From NCBI GenBank assembly GCA_963711565.1, contig CAVQEQ010000001.1, forward strand, positions 992,001 through 1,056,000: 64,000 nucleotides of DNA. Reading direction: 5' to 3'. Positions 49,112 to 58,660 of this stretch are shown one piece after another. The notes under the pieces are model-generated. The model had not been told where the DNA came from and did no database searches. It saw only the letters and a list, made by a program, of their open reading frames with translations. Each line of letters starts with the position of its first letter. The first letter of the stretch is position 1. The position numbers and the translations under genes are program-made. The stretch is from an uncultured delta proteobacterium. Its GTDB lineage: Bacteria; Desulfobacterota; Binatia; Binatales; Binataceae.

Positions 49112-49444
49112 ATGAAATCCTGCCATGCAGCCGCGCTCGCGCTTGTCGGATGGTCTCTGATGGTGCCGGGCATCACCTATCAATCGGCAACCAACGTGTG
49201 GACAGTGAGCGGCTATGACGAACACAAAAAGCCCGTCTATTCCGCCTGGGAAACCGACGGAACATACGCTACGGCCGCGGAATGTCAGGACCAGCTGCGC
49301 AAACTGGACCCCACCGCAAGCCCCGTGATGCCCACCGCTGAGGGCGCCGTACGGAATCCGACAGGCCTGGCAAACGCAGTGCGAGATTCGGTGAATCAAG
49401 CGATCTGCATCGCAACCGACGACCCCCGCCTCAAGCAAAATTAA
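49112..49444 (+). CDS. Small secreted two-Cys protein (paralog of 3965-4249)
   Basis: HAAALALVGWSLMVP; WETDGTYATAAEC; CIATDDPRL. Confidence 0.72.
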   Translation: MKSCHAAALALVGWSLMVPGITYQSATNVWTVSGYDEHKKPVYSAWETDGTYATAAECQDQLRKLDPTASPVMPTAEGAVRNPTGLANAVRDSVNQAICIATDDPRLKQN

Positions 49445-49506
49445 GCCAAAATTCAAAAATGCCCGCGAGTCGCCGGTCTTTGAAATCGCGTGCCGGGCCG
49501 CCTGGT

Positions 49507-49593
49507 TGTCATTCCGACGACGGGAGCGAATGCGACGGGAAGCATGGTTTCTGGCCTCCGGACAGCTTCGCGCACGCGAAGCCGGTACCGGTT
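49507..49593 (+). repeat. Degenerate copy of the 15919-16151 element arm
   Basis: cggacagcttcgcgcacgcgaagccggtaccggtt matches the reverse complement of ~16073-16107 with one mismatch; starts tgtcattccgacg. Confidence 0.75.
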
Positions 49594-49717
49594 CCGCATC
49601 GCCGCATCAATTCGGAGGCCCTCCAACTGAGGGTCCCGCGACTCAACCCAGATGACCACGCCGCAGTCTAGCCTCTCTCTATCAGGAGACCTTTGCCTAA
49701 CTGCGCCGCGGCGCATC

Positions 49718-49781
49718 TTCCCCTCTCCCAGGATGGGAGAGGATCGAAGAGCCTGCCCTGAGCTTGCCGAAGGGTGAGGGT
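49718..49781. repeat. Solo CCCT-family palindromic repeat
   Basis: ttcccctctcccaggatgggagagg...gggtgagggt. Confidence 0.65.
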
Positions 49782-49987
49782 CCTTATACAGCGCGCGTTT
49801 TTTCCGCGCGCGATTCAGGATTCCGCCCGCAAGGGTTGTGCAGAGGTCTCTTATCAGGCAGAGGCCGCGCCGCCGCGGCGCGGCTGAGTGTCAACATCCC
49901 AAAATGCCCGAGAGTCTGCGCCCTCCAGACTTCCAATTCTCACGCACCCAGGCCAGGCTTCAAAACTCGAATCCACGGAGGAAGCAT

Positions 49988-50374
49988 ATGCCCTTATCAG
50001 ATACCGCTCCAAGAAAATTCAGAATCGAAGGCTCCAGCCGAATGCTGCAAGCTCTCGCCCAAGCAATCGAACTCGCGCTCCGAGCAGCCCGCAAGACACC
50101 CGATCGCAGAGGCGCCGGGACAATCGCTAACGGTCCGATCACCATCGAAGTCGAGGCAACCAACTACGATCAAGATCGTCTGCGCTACGTCATCGACAGC
50201 ATCGACGATGCCGTCAACACCATCGCCGGATGGGCCGAGCCGAAACGCTGCACCGAATGCGAAAAGCCAGTAGCCTTGCTTTTCGACGATGCATACCTGG
50301 AAACTCGAAACGGCGAAGGCGTCATCTGCTGCCAATGCTACGGCCGAATCGAAGACGGTGAAGAAGAATCCTGA
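49988..50374 (+). CDS. Hypothetical protein with C-terminal Zn finger
   Basis: GGAGG RBS; CTEC...CCQC. Confidence 0.6.
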   Translation: MPLSDTAPRKFRIEGSSRMLQALAQAIELALRAARKTPDRRGAGTIANGPITIEVEATNYDQDRLRYVIDSIDDAVNTIAGWAEPKRCTECEKPVALLFDDAYLETRNGEGVICCQCYGRIEDGEEES

Positions 50375-50536
50375 CCACACCAATTAACGGGGGTCCGCGA
50401 ATTCAGAACCGGTCAATACGGGTCGCTGCTGCCTATCAAAGGGAGTCGCCGGTCAAAGCATTTTCCTGTCTTCGTTCGGTTCACCGCGCTAGAATCGTGA
50501 AATCGCGCTCAACCGCGCGCAAAGGGGAACCCGACC

Positions 50537-50740
50537 ATGAAATGCATCGTCGAGCTGCTCGATGAACTCCGCCCGCTCACGCCATTCTCATTCGCTCAAC
50601 GGATCCACTTAAACAATCTAAATTCGGCCAACGGTCAGCGAACGGATTTCGAGAATTGGCTACGGCGAGGCGTCGCGGCCAGCCGACAATTTGCAGACAT
50701 CGACGAGGCCTACAGCGCATACATCGCGAACTTCGGCTGA
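50537..50740 (+). CDS. Small hypothetical protein
   Basis: AAAGGGGA RBS; 67-aa ORF. Confidence 0.45.
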   Translation: MKCIVELLDELRPLTPFSFAQRIHLNNLNSANGQRTDFENWLRRGVAASRQFADIDEAYSAYIANFG

Positions 50741-50829
50741 TTCTGAACGCCGTACTAGCGGCTGGTGCAAACCTTTTGCACTTGTTGTAGTGTCTGTTCG
50801 AAGCGAGGAATGGAGGGAGAGAGGTTGTT

Positions 50830-51983
50830 GTGAGCGGACGCTTCACTTTCTATGAGTTCTTCGCCGGCGGTGGCATGGCTCGATTGGGTCTTGGTGAACG
50901 TTGGCGATGCACCTTTGCCAACGACATTTGCGAGAAGAAGGCCGCTTCGTACCGTGCGAATTTCGCACCTGCGAAGGAACTGCTGGTACGAGACATCTCC
51001 AAGGTAAAGCCGTTCGACCTTCCCGGTCGTGCGCAAATGGCTTGGGCATCCTTCCCCTGCCAGGATCTGTCGCTTGCGGGGTCAGGAGCCGGTCTGGATG
51101 GAGACAGAAGCGGAACATTTTGGCCGTTCTGGAAGCTGCTGCAAAACTTGAGGTCCGAAGACAGGGCACCGCGAGTCGTTGTGTTGGAAAACGTCGCGGG
51201 TGCGCTGACATCTCATGGCGGAGAGGACTTTGCTGAGATTTTTCGCGCACTCGTTCGAGTCGGCTATCGCATCGGGCCCATGGTCATGGATGCGATCCAC
51301 TTTCTACCGCAATCTCGTCCGAGGTTATTTGTACTAGCGGTCGAGACAGAACGAGAGATCCCCCGATCGCTCATCGCTTCCAGCGCCATTAAACCTTGGC
51401 ACCCCCGGGCTATTGAAGATGTCTACACTTCTTTTAGCCCCTACTATCAACAGAAGTGGATCTGGTGGGGACTTCCCCCCCGCCGAATTGCGACATATCA
51501 ATAGACGATATGATCGAGGACGAACCAACTGGTGTTGAGTGGCATACGCGCGATGAAACGGCACGTTTGTTATCCCACATGAGTCCGCTGAATCTTTCAA
51601 AGGTTGATCAGATCCGAGGTAGCGGAAAGCGCAGGGTAGGTTTTGTTTACCGGCGTACTCGACCTCAGGCCGACGGACAAAAGCGCCAGCGCGCCGAAGT
51701 TCGGTTCGACGGCATTAGCGGTTGTTTGCGAACACCCGTCGGTGGTTCGAGTCGCCAGATTGTCTTAATCGTCGAACGAGGTCAGCTCCGCTCGCGCTTA
51801 CTTTCCCCGCGCGAAGCCGCTCGACTCATGGGACTGCCTGACACCTACCGACTACCCGAGAAATACAACGAGGCATACCACGTTGCCGGCGACGGCGTTG
51901 CGGTCCCGGTTGTTCGACATCTAGCAGAGAATCTATTGCATCCGATTCTGAATCCGCGCGAGCGATTGGAAAGAGCTGCGTGA
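50830..51983 (+). CDS. dcm: DNA cytosine-5 methyltransferase, frameshifted in a C7 tract (51475-51481)
   Basis: FAGGG, FPCQDLS, LENV, PQSRPR in the first frame; LSPREAARLMG and GDGVAV in the second; C8 would restore the frame. Confidence 0.88.
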
Positions 51984-52711
51984 AGAGCGAAAGCAAGCTC
52001 GACAAAACAAAAGACCCACCTTTTGAGACTCGCGAACTACGTCGCAAGCTTCAGGAGTTCCTCGATTCCGAAATAGTTGATCCCGCCACTGGCAAGAAAG
52101 TCAAAATTGGGAACTATAAGTTCGGAGTATATGCTTTCTTCGACTACGACGGTGAGCCAATTTACGTTGGCCAGACGAACGAAAAGCTGCGTACACGGAT
52201 CCGCCGTCATCTGACCAACCAGCGGACAGACGCGGTCGCAATGAACGTGCTCGATCCATTTGAGGTATACGAGGTCGAGGTGTGGCCGCTTCCGCAATTT
52301 GAGGGACGTGCAACCGGAGATGTCGAAGCAGCCAACTACCTGAACGCGCTCGAATACGAGGTATTCGAAACCGAATTGAGTCGTTCTCGATTCAAGGCCG
52401 TGCTTAACGAAGTAGAACCAGGAAAGCCCGGGAAGCGCGCCCAAAAGCCGAAGTCTTATCGCCGAAGGATTGTGTCGGAGGAAGTATTCAAAATTCGTAG
52501 CCATCCAGATCTAAGAATCGCGCGCCGCGCGGCGACGTTAGCCCGCTTGGCGCACGTGATAAGCGAGCGCAGAGTACAGTCGGGCTTGAGAAAAACGCTG
52601 CTCACGCAGGCGAAGCGATTGGAATGGCTAGCAGAACGTCGGTATGAAGGTGCAGCAGACGAAATCGAGGACAGCGAAGCGTCCGCAGCGGAGGACGAAG
52701 ACCACCTTTAA
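51980..52711 (+). CDS. GIY-YIG nuclease family protein
   Basis: GVYAFF..PIYVGQT..LRTRIRRH, later LE and LN; GTGA overlap with dcm. Confidence 0.82.
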   Translation: MKSESKLDKTKDPPFETRELRRKLQEFLDSEIVDPATGKKVKIGNYKFGVYAFFDYDGEPIYVGQTNEKLRTRIRRHLTNQRTDAVAMNVLDPFEVYEVEVWPLPQFEGRATGDVEAANYLNALEYEVFETELSRSRFKAVLNEVEPGKPGKRAQKPKSYRRRIVSEEVFKIRSHPDLRIARRAATLARLAHVISERRVQSGLRKTLLTQAKRLEWLAERRYEGAADEIEDSEASAAEDEDHL

Positions 52712-53132
52712 TCTTGAGAAGCCGAGCGCAGCGCGCAGCAGCATCATGAGGGCGGTGCGCTCGATCAATACCACGCCTGAAAAGAAGGTTCGTTCTCTAG
52801 TCCACAGGCTCGGCTTTCGCTTTCGTCTACACCGATCCAACCTACCGGGTAAACCCGATCTCGTTTTTCCATCGAGGAAAAAAGCCCTCTTTGTCAACGG
52901 ATGCTTTTGGCATGGCCATCGCTGTCAACGCGGTGCACGAATTCCCAAGACGAATCGAAGCTACTGGCTGAAAAAAATTGCGGCTAACCGTTCTCGCGAC
53001 CACCAGACTAAGCGTGCCCTCTCGCGACTTGGTTGGAGAAGCCTTGTAATCTGGGAATGCGAACTTAGCCACGTTCAAGCTACCCGCAAGCGAATTGGAA
53101 AATACCTCGGCTCGACTGGCAGCTCCCGATAA
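52644..53132 (+). CDS. vsr: Very-short-patch repair endonuclease
   Basis: RSSIMRAVRSINTTPE, LPGKPDLVF, FVNGCFWHGH, VIWEC; exact start uncertain. Confidence 0.92.
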   Translation: MKVQQTKSRTAKRPQRRTKTTFNLEKPSAARSSIMRAVRSINTTPEKKVRSLVHRLGFRFRLHRSNLPGKPDLVFPSRKKALFVNGCFWHGHRCQRGARIPKTNRSYWLKKIAANRSRDHQTKRALSRLGWRSLVIWECELSHVQATRKRIGKYLGSTGSSR

Positions 53133-53329
53133 GCTTCGCTGGCCGCATTCATGAGTTTTCACTGTTCCAAAAACGCGCTTGTTTCCTGCGCATCCATCGC
53201 CACAGCCACTAGCACCGATAATCTCCGCTTTAGCCACAGAGGTTCAGGGGATCGAGTAGCAATCGAAATGAAAGTCAAAGGCCCTGCTTCGCGCCGCGCC
53301 GGAAAAAATCTTCAGCATCTCGGCCCCCT

Positions 53330-54127
53330 TCACTTCCCGCACCAGACCGGTTTCCGCTTCTCCAGGAATGCGCCGATTCCTTCCTGCGCGTCTATCGCCA
53401 TCGCGTTCTGACTCATCACCTCTTTCGTGTAGTCGTACGCCTTCGCCGTATCGAGATCGATCTGCTCGTAGAACGCCCGCTTGCCAATCCCAATGATTAG
53501 CGGACTCGCCTCTACTATCTGCATCGCGAGCTTGCGCGTCTCCGCAACCAGCTCCGCATCCGCGACCACTCTGTTCGCCAGTCCCCATTCGGCCGCGGTG
53601 CGCGCTTTGACCGGCTGCCCAGTCAGCAGCATTTCCATCGCATGCTTGCGGCCGACCGCGCGCGTCAGCGCGACCATCGGCGTCGAGCAGAACAGTCCTA
53701 TCCTCACGCCCGGCGTCGCGAAGCTCGCGCTCTCGCCCGCGACCACCAGGTCGCACGTCGCCGCCAGCTGGCATCCCGCCGCCGTCGCGATCGCATGCAC
53801 TCGCGCGATGACCGGCTGCGGAATTCTTTGAATCGTCAGCATCAGCTGGGCGCACAGATCGAATTCGGACCGATAGAATGCGAGGTCGCGCCCCTTCAGC
53901 TCGCCGAGGTCGTGACCGGCCGAGAACGCCGGCCCGTTGCCCGCGATTATCACCGCGCGCGCATCGCCGCGTTTGCCGATCGCGACCAGCGCGTCATTCA
54001 GCTCCGCCATCATCGCGGTGGACAGCGCGTTGCGCTTCTCGGGCCGGTTCATCGTGAGCGTGATCAGCCCGGCCTCTTCCTCGACGATCAGATTCTTCTG
54101 CCCATTTTCATTTGCCATCGCTTTCAC
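53330..54127 (-). CDS. Enoyl-CoA hydratase (ECHDC3-like)
   Basis: NRPEKRNALS, FSAGHDL, ATAAGCQL, PGVRIGLFCSTP. Confidence 0.9.
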   Translation of the reverse strand: MKAMANENGQKNLIVEEEAGLITLTMNRPEKRNALSTAMMAELNDALVAIGKRGDARAVIIAGNGPAFSAGHDLGELKGRDLAFYRSEFDLCAQLMLTIQRIPQPVIARVHAIATAAGCQLAATCDLVVAGESASFATPGVRIGLFCSTPMVALTRAVGRKHAMEMLLTGQPVKARTAAEWGLANRVVADAELVAETRKLAMQIVEASPLIIGIGKRAFYEQIDLDTAKAYDYTKEVMSQNAMAIDAQEGIGAFLEKRKPVWCGK

Positions 54128-54148
54128 CTGCCTTCGATTCTTACTCTC

Positions 54149-54979
54149 TCACTCGCGCGGTTCGCTTTTCCATTCCTCGGGATAGAGCAGCAGCAAGTCC
54201 TGGCCGAGCGCGCGCACCAGGAATCGCTGCGTCTCATTGATCGCGCGTTCGAGCGCCCGCCCGCCGATCAGCCAATGCCCACGCCCCGCGATCTTCGCCA
54301 GCTTCGCGCCGATCGATTCGGCGAAAGCTTTCGTCTGCGCAATCGGCGCGAAGATATCCGAGTCGCCTGCGACGACGAGTCGCGGCGCGGCTTTCTCCGA
54401 TGCGGCGAACTCGATCGCGCCAGTCATGACGTCGGTCGCCAGCACGCCCGAGTCGGGCACCATCGCATTTATCAAACCGTCCCGCGTGAACGGATCGGAA
54501 TCGGCGATCAACTCGAACAAGGCTCGCCCACGCGGCGGCTTGATCGGTCTGCCGAGCATCATCGCGAGCCGATTCGCGAATCCTCCTACCAGCGGCGTGC
54601 GGAAGCCCGGCACCAGCGGCGCGTATGCGACCGACGCCTTCACCCGCCGATTCTCGCTGAGCTTGAGCGCGATCAATCCGCCGACGCCATGACCGAGCAC
54701 GACGGCGTCGCGGCCGATTCCGTCGAGCGCTTCGCCCGCCAGGGCGGCCAGATCGTTGAAGCGAAGTTTCTCGAGCGGCGGCGTCGAGCCCTTGCCGAGT
54801 GCGGCCCGCAGATTCGGCACGAACACTTCCCAGCCGATCGACGCGAGGTAACCGAGCACGAGCGCGAGATGCCGCGGCGTCGCGAACAGTTCGGGGACCA
54901 GCATGATAGGCGATGCGAACTTGACCGGCTCGGGCAGCTCGCGCTGCGCGGGGATGCGGCCGAGTTCAACGTCGTCCAC
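54149..54979 (-). CDS. Alpha/beta-hydrolase-fold protein lacking the catalytic Ser
   Basis: VLGHGVGGL at the nucleophile elbow; GDSD and GH retained. Confidence 0.75.
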   Translation of the reverse strand: MDDVELGRIPAQRELPEPVKFASPIMLVPELFATPRHLALVLGYLASIGWEVFVPNLRAALGKGSTPPLEKLRFNDLAALAGEALDGIGRDAVVLGHGVGGLIALKLSENRRVKASVAYAPLVPGFRTPLVGGFANRLAMMLGRPIKPPRGRALFELIADSDPFTRDGLINAMVPDSGVLATDVMTGAIEFAASEKAAPRLVVAGDSDIFAPIAQTKAFAESIGAKLAKIAGRGHWLIGGRALERAINETQRFLVRALGQDLLLLYPEEWKSEPRE

Positions 54980-54991
54980 GGGACTGCCGGG

Positions 54992-56254
54992 TTATGCGGC
55001 CCGCGACGCGGCCGCCATCAGCCGCGCGAATCGAAACGACGGGAACGCAGCGCGCGGCGTGATCATCTGCGCGAACCTGATCATCTCGTCCGCCGCCCAT
55101 TGCTCGCGGCTGGCCGCGCGATGCGCAAAGCGGGCGCCTTGATCGAGCCCCAGCTCCTGCGACGCGCGCACGCTCGCCCTGTAGTACGGCATCAGTTCAG
55201 CGTCGCGCCGCTTCGTAAATTCCGCGAGCATCGCACTCCAAATCGATTTGCCGCCGATGGTCGAGAACCATTGCGGTGCAAGCTCGCCGACGATCGACGC
55301 GCTCATCAACGCCATCGAATGCCCCTGGCCGAACAGCGGATCGACATGCAGCCCCGCATCGCCGAGCAGCAGCGCGCCGTCGGTGACTGGATCGCGATAC
55401 GTGTTGTTGAGCAGGCCCGAAGAAAACACCTTGCCCACCATCGTCGCACCTTCGAGCATCTTGCCGACCTCGAACGAGCGATTAAGGTACCGGCGCAGAT
55501 TCGATACGAGGTCGGTGCGAAACGTTTTCATCTCACCCGCGTCGAACGCGGTCGCCGCTACGGTGAGTCCGTTCTCACATCGGCAAACCAGGTTGCCGGC
55601 GCCGGGTGCCGATTCGAATTCCGTGACGACTTCATCGCCGAGATTCTTCCGCGCGACGCCGTCGAAGTACGCGTAGTAGTAAGCGCGCGCGCACGGCACG
55701 TCGGTGCGCTGGAACGCGTCGATACGCTCCGACGCGATCTGCGCGACCGAGCTGCGCATCCCGTCGGCGCCGATCGTCAGCGGCGCGTGGAACTCGTGAA
55801 CGCCCGACGCATCCTCGCCGCGAATTCCCATGACGGCGCCATCTTCGATGATCAGATCGGTAAGCCTGAGGCGCTCGCGAACCGTAACGCCCTCGAAACT
55901 GCGCGCCGCATCGATCATCGCGGCGTCCATCAGCACGCGCCCAAGACACAGTCCGCGATCGTCCGCGCCGTCGCGCGCGAGCGCGCCGCTGTAGTCGAAG
56001 TCGGGACCGATCGAGCGCATCTTCGAGAAGCGCACGCCGCCGAGACGCTCGAGCGTTTCGAGCACGCCCATTCGCTCGAGCACTTTCGTTCCGCCGCCAA
56101 GCACGATGTGCGTCGACAGCCTCTCCGACGGGAATGCGTCCTTATCGACGAGCAAAACACGGCGCCCGTCGCGCGCGAGCAGGATCGCGGCCGCGCTGCC
56201 GGCGACGCGCGCGCCAACGATTATCGCGTCAAATGTTTTTGCCGATTCGGACAT
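54992..56254 (-). CDS. FAD-dependent oxidoreductase (geranylgeranyl-reductase-like)
   Basis: IVGARVAGS, IGADG, LLGDAG..DPLFGQG. Confidence 0.88.
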   Translation of the reverse strand: MSESAKTFDAIIVGARVAGSAAAILLARDGRRVLLVDKDAFPSERLSTHIVLGGGTKVLERMGVLETLERLGGVRFSKMRSIGPDFDYSGALARDGADDRGLCLGRVLMDAAMIDAARSFEGVTVRERLRLTDLIIEDGAVMGIRGEDASGVHEFHAPLTIGADGMRSSVAQIASERIDAFQRTDVPCARAYYYAYFDGVARKNLGDEVVTEFESAPGAGNLVCRCENGLTVAATAFDAGEMKTFRTDLVSNLRRYLNRSFEVGKMLEGATMVGKVFSSGLLNNTYRDPVTDGALLLGDAGLHVDPLFGQGHSMALMSASIVGELAPQWFSTIGGKSIWSAMLAEFTKRRDAELMPYYRASVRASQELGLDQGARFAHRAASREQWAADEMIRFAQMITPRAAFPSFRFARLMAAASRAA

Positions 56255-56324
56255 TCTGCTTGCGCAACTTCGCGGCGATCGAACCCTATCATGTTGAACG
56301 CGCGCGCCCGCAAGCAAGCGCGAT

Positions 56325-56357
56325 AAAAGGAAAGAGCCCCCTCTTTCGAGGGGGCTC
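56325..56357 (-). terminator. Intrinsic terminator
   Basis: Minus strand GAGCCCCCTC-GAAA-GAG(AG)GGGGCTC followed by TTTCCTTTT. Confidence 0.8.
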
Positions 56358-56460
56358 TCCCGTGTTGCGAGGCCTTTCAGCCTCGGCTTATTCCAGCAGC
56401 AATCCTGGCAGCCTTAGCCAGCCCTCGGGGTATTAGCCCGAAGGTAAACTCGTTAAGTGG

Positions 56461-56565
56461 TTACTTCTTTTTGGTCTTTTTGGCAGCTTTCTTTTTTGCC
56501 ATTTTGCTCTTCCGCATCGGTTTGGACTTGGTGGCCTTTTTGGCCCGTTTCTTCATTCCTGGCAT
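56461..56565 (-). CDS. 34-aa Lys-rich (histone H1-like) small protein
   Basis: MPGMKKRAKKATKSKPMRKSKMAKKKAAKKTKKK; GAGGAGGT SD; below the ORF-track cutoff. Confidence 0.8.
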   Translation of the reverse strand: MPGMKKRAKKATKSKPMRKSKMAKKKAAKKTKKK

Positions 56566-56646
56566 AGGTACCTCCTCTTCCTAGGCTGCTGCTGGAGAAG
56601 CGCCTTTTCTTATAGATGAGAGGTCATCTCTCATCGAGTCGGGCCG

Positions 56647-56675
56647 ATTATAGAAACATGTTATTCTCAAATCAA
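56647..56675 (-). promoter_or_regulatory. Sigma70-type promoter for the Lys-rich small gene
   Basis: TTGATT-17 bp-TATAAT on the minus strand, with an AT-rich upstream region. Confidence 0.7.
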
Positions 56676-56810
56676 GGGCCATCACGTGATTTATAAAGAA
56701 ATTTTAAAGTCGGAAGAGTGCAACCGAACCGGTCACTTTAGGGCCTTTAGAATGACGTTCAAAATTAGATGCCTTGAACTCGGCCCGGCGCTTGAATTAC
56801 GATTGCTGGG

Positions 56811-57149
56811 ATGACCCGCTTAAGCTTCGTACTCCGCCGCGAGTGGCTCAGCCTAATCTTCGGCGGGGTGCTCGTGATGCTTATCTTAAGCGCGCTCCTC
56901 GGCAACCTGGGGCCGCGCGACCTCGTTGCCCTCCAGAGCCATCGTGCCGCGTTGGAGGCCCGCCGCGATCAACTGGCAGCGGACAACGCAGCGTTCAGAA
57001 CGCGCATTCAGAAGCTTCGTTCAGACGACCGCTATATCGAAAGCCTCATCCGCCGTGAGCTGGGCTACGCGCGTCCCGATGAACTCGTGTACAAGTTCGC
57101 CGACGGAAACGATGCCGACCACGGCAACGATTCTGCGCCCTCGCATTAA
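56811..57149 (+). CDS. ftsB: Septum formation initiator FtsB/DivIC
   Basis: TM helix + coiled coil + YIESLIRRELGYARPDE. Confidence 0.8.
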   Translation: MTRLSFVLRREWLSLIFGGVLVMLILSALLGNLGPRDLVALQSHRAALEARRDQLAADNAAFRTRIQKLRSDDRYIESLIRRELGYARPDELVYKFADGNDADHGNDSAPSH

Positions 57150-57164
57150 ACGGTTCTCGAAAAT

Positions 57165-58496
57165 TTAGAAAACTGCGCGAGAGATCAGCCGATACTCGCG
57201 CGCCTGGCGTTCCAGCTCTTCGCGGAAATCAGGATGCGCGATCGAGATCAGCGCGCGCGCCCGCTCGGGAACTGATTTGCCTTTCAAATTGACCATGCCG
57301 TACTCGGTCACGACGTACATCACGTCGGTGCGAGGCGTCGTCACGATATTGCAGTCGTCGATTCGCGCGACGATTCGGCTCGCGCGCGCATCGCGCTCGT
57401 AGGTCGAGGCGAGGCATATGAACGACTTGCCTTCGCGCGAGGCGTACGCGCCGCGCACGAATTGCAGTTGCCCGCCGGTGCCGCTTATCTGCCGCACGCC
57501 GGCGGACTCGGAGCATGCCTGTCCAGTGAGATCGATTTGCGCTGCGTTGCAGATCGAGATGACGCGATCGTTCTGCATGATGTGATTCGGCAGGTTGGTG
57601 TAATCGACCGGGCCCGCGAAGCACGCGGCGTTGCGATCGAGAAAGTCGTACATGTGCTTCGAACCCGCCGCGAAGGTGTACGTCATCTGATAACGATTGG
57701 TCGCCTTGTGCGCGCCGGTAACTTTGCCGGCCTCGAACAGCGACACGAGCGAATCGACGAACATCTCGGTGTGAATGCCGAGATCCTTGATTGGCGCCGT
57801 CGCAAGCAACTCGCAGACCGCGTTGGGCATCGCGCCAATCCCAATCTGCACGCACGCGCCGCTGGGAATTTCCGGCGCGATCAGCTCGGCTACTTTCTGA
57901 TCGACGGCGTTCGCCGCTGGATTTTTCAGCTCCGGCATCGCTGACGCGCCCGCGTCGAGCACGTACTCGACATCGTCAATATGCACCGCGTTCTCGATTC
58001 CGAAAACGTAGGGCACGCTCGCGTCGGTCTCTACGACCAAGGTCTTCGCCTTTTCGCTGATCGCTTTGTGATACGTGACCGACGGGCCGAAGTTGAAAAA
58101 TCCGTGCTCGTCCATTGGCGCCGTCTTCAACACGGCGAGGTCCACGTCGATAAAGCGTCGATAGTTGTCGGGCGCCTCGCCGAAATTCATCGGGATATGA
58201 TGCGCCAAGCCCCGATCGTGCATCTTTCTCTCGAGACCCGAGAAATACCAGGACAGGTACGTGAGATGACGTTCGTCGGGATCCGCCTCGACCGCCGCGC
58301 GCGGACGCATCGCGAGGCATCCGCGAATTTTCACGCGGTCGAGCGTCGCCACTCGCGCGGCGAGCGCGCGATCGAACAAGTCCGGCTGTCCGAGTCCGAA
58401 TCCGTACTCGACCCAGTCGCCGGACTTGACGTGCGCCGCCGCCTCATCGGCGCTGATTTGTTTGCGTTTCAATTCTCCCAGGTAGGAAGTCGCCAT
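57165..58496 (-). CDS. Acetyl-CoA hydrolase / 4-hydroxybutyrate CoA-transferase family
   Basis: QIGIGAMPNAV, LGIHTEM, SGTGGQ, VVTEYG, IAHPDFRE. Confidence 0.92.
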   Translation of the reverse strand: MATSYLGELKRKQISADEAAAHVKSGDWVEYGFGLGQPDLFDRALAARVATLDRVKIRGCLAMRPRAAVEADPDERHLTYLSWYFSGLERKMHDRGLAHHIPMNFGEAPDNYRRFIDVDLAVLKTAPMDEHGFFNFGPSVTYHKAISEKAKTLVVETDASVPYVFGIENAVHIDDVEYVLDAGASAMPELKNPAANAVDQKVAELIAPEIPSGACVQIGIGAMPNAVCELLATAPIKDLGIHTEMFVDSLVSLFEAGKVTGAHKATNRYQMTYTFAAGSKHMYDFLDRNAACFAGPVDYTNLPNHIMQNDRVISICNAAQIDLTGQACSESAGVRQISGTGGQLQFVRGAYASREGKSFICLASTYERDARASRIVARIDDCNIVTTPRTDVMYVVTEYGMVNLKGKSVPERARALISIAHPDFREELERQAREYRLISRAVF

Positions 58497-58660
58497 CGGT
58501 ACGCCTCATGTCGATTGTTAGCGGTTCGCTTGACTGCGCGGTTAGCGTAGGATTCTCTTCAACCGGCGTACTCCAATCAATGCCAAGTATCGAACTATTC
58601 AAGCAAGCGCCCACCAGCGGCATCGGCGTGCACACAATCTGACGCAACCGGGGGATCACG

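Noticed and set aside
53642-56326. 894-aa plus-strand ORF and similar long Arg-rich ORFs (e.g. 16371-17906, 42715-44058)
   Set aside because: No recognisable motifs, and they overlap well-supported genes on the opposite strand; typical high-GC artefacts
56325-56640. tmRNA, 6S or SRP RNA identity for the structured transcript
   Set aside because: No tRNA-like ends or tag peptide and no SRP motif recognised; the ORF has its own ATG and SD
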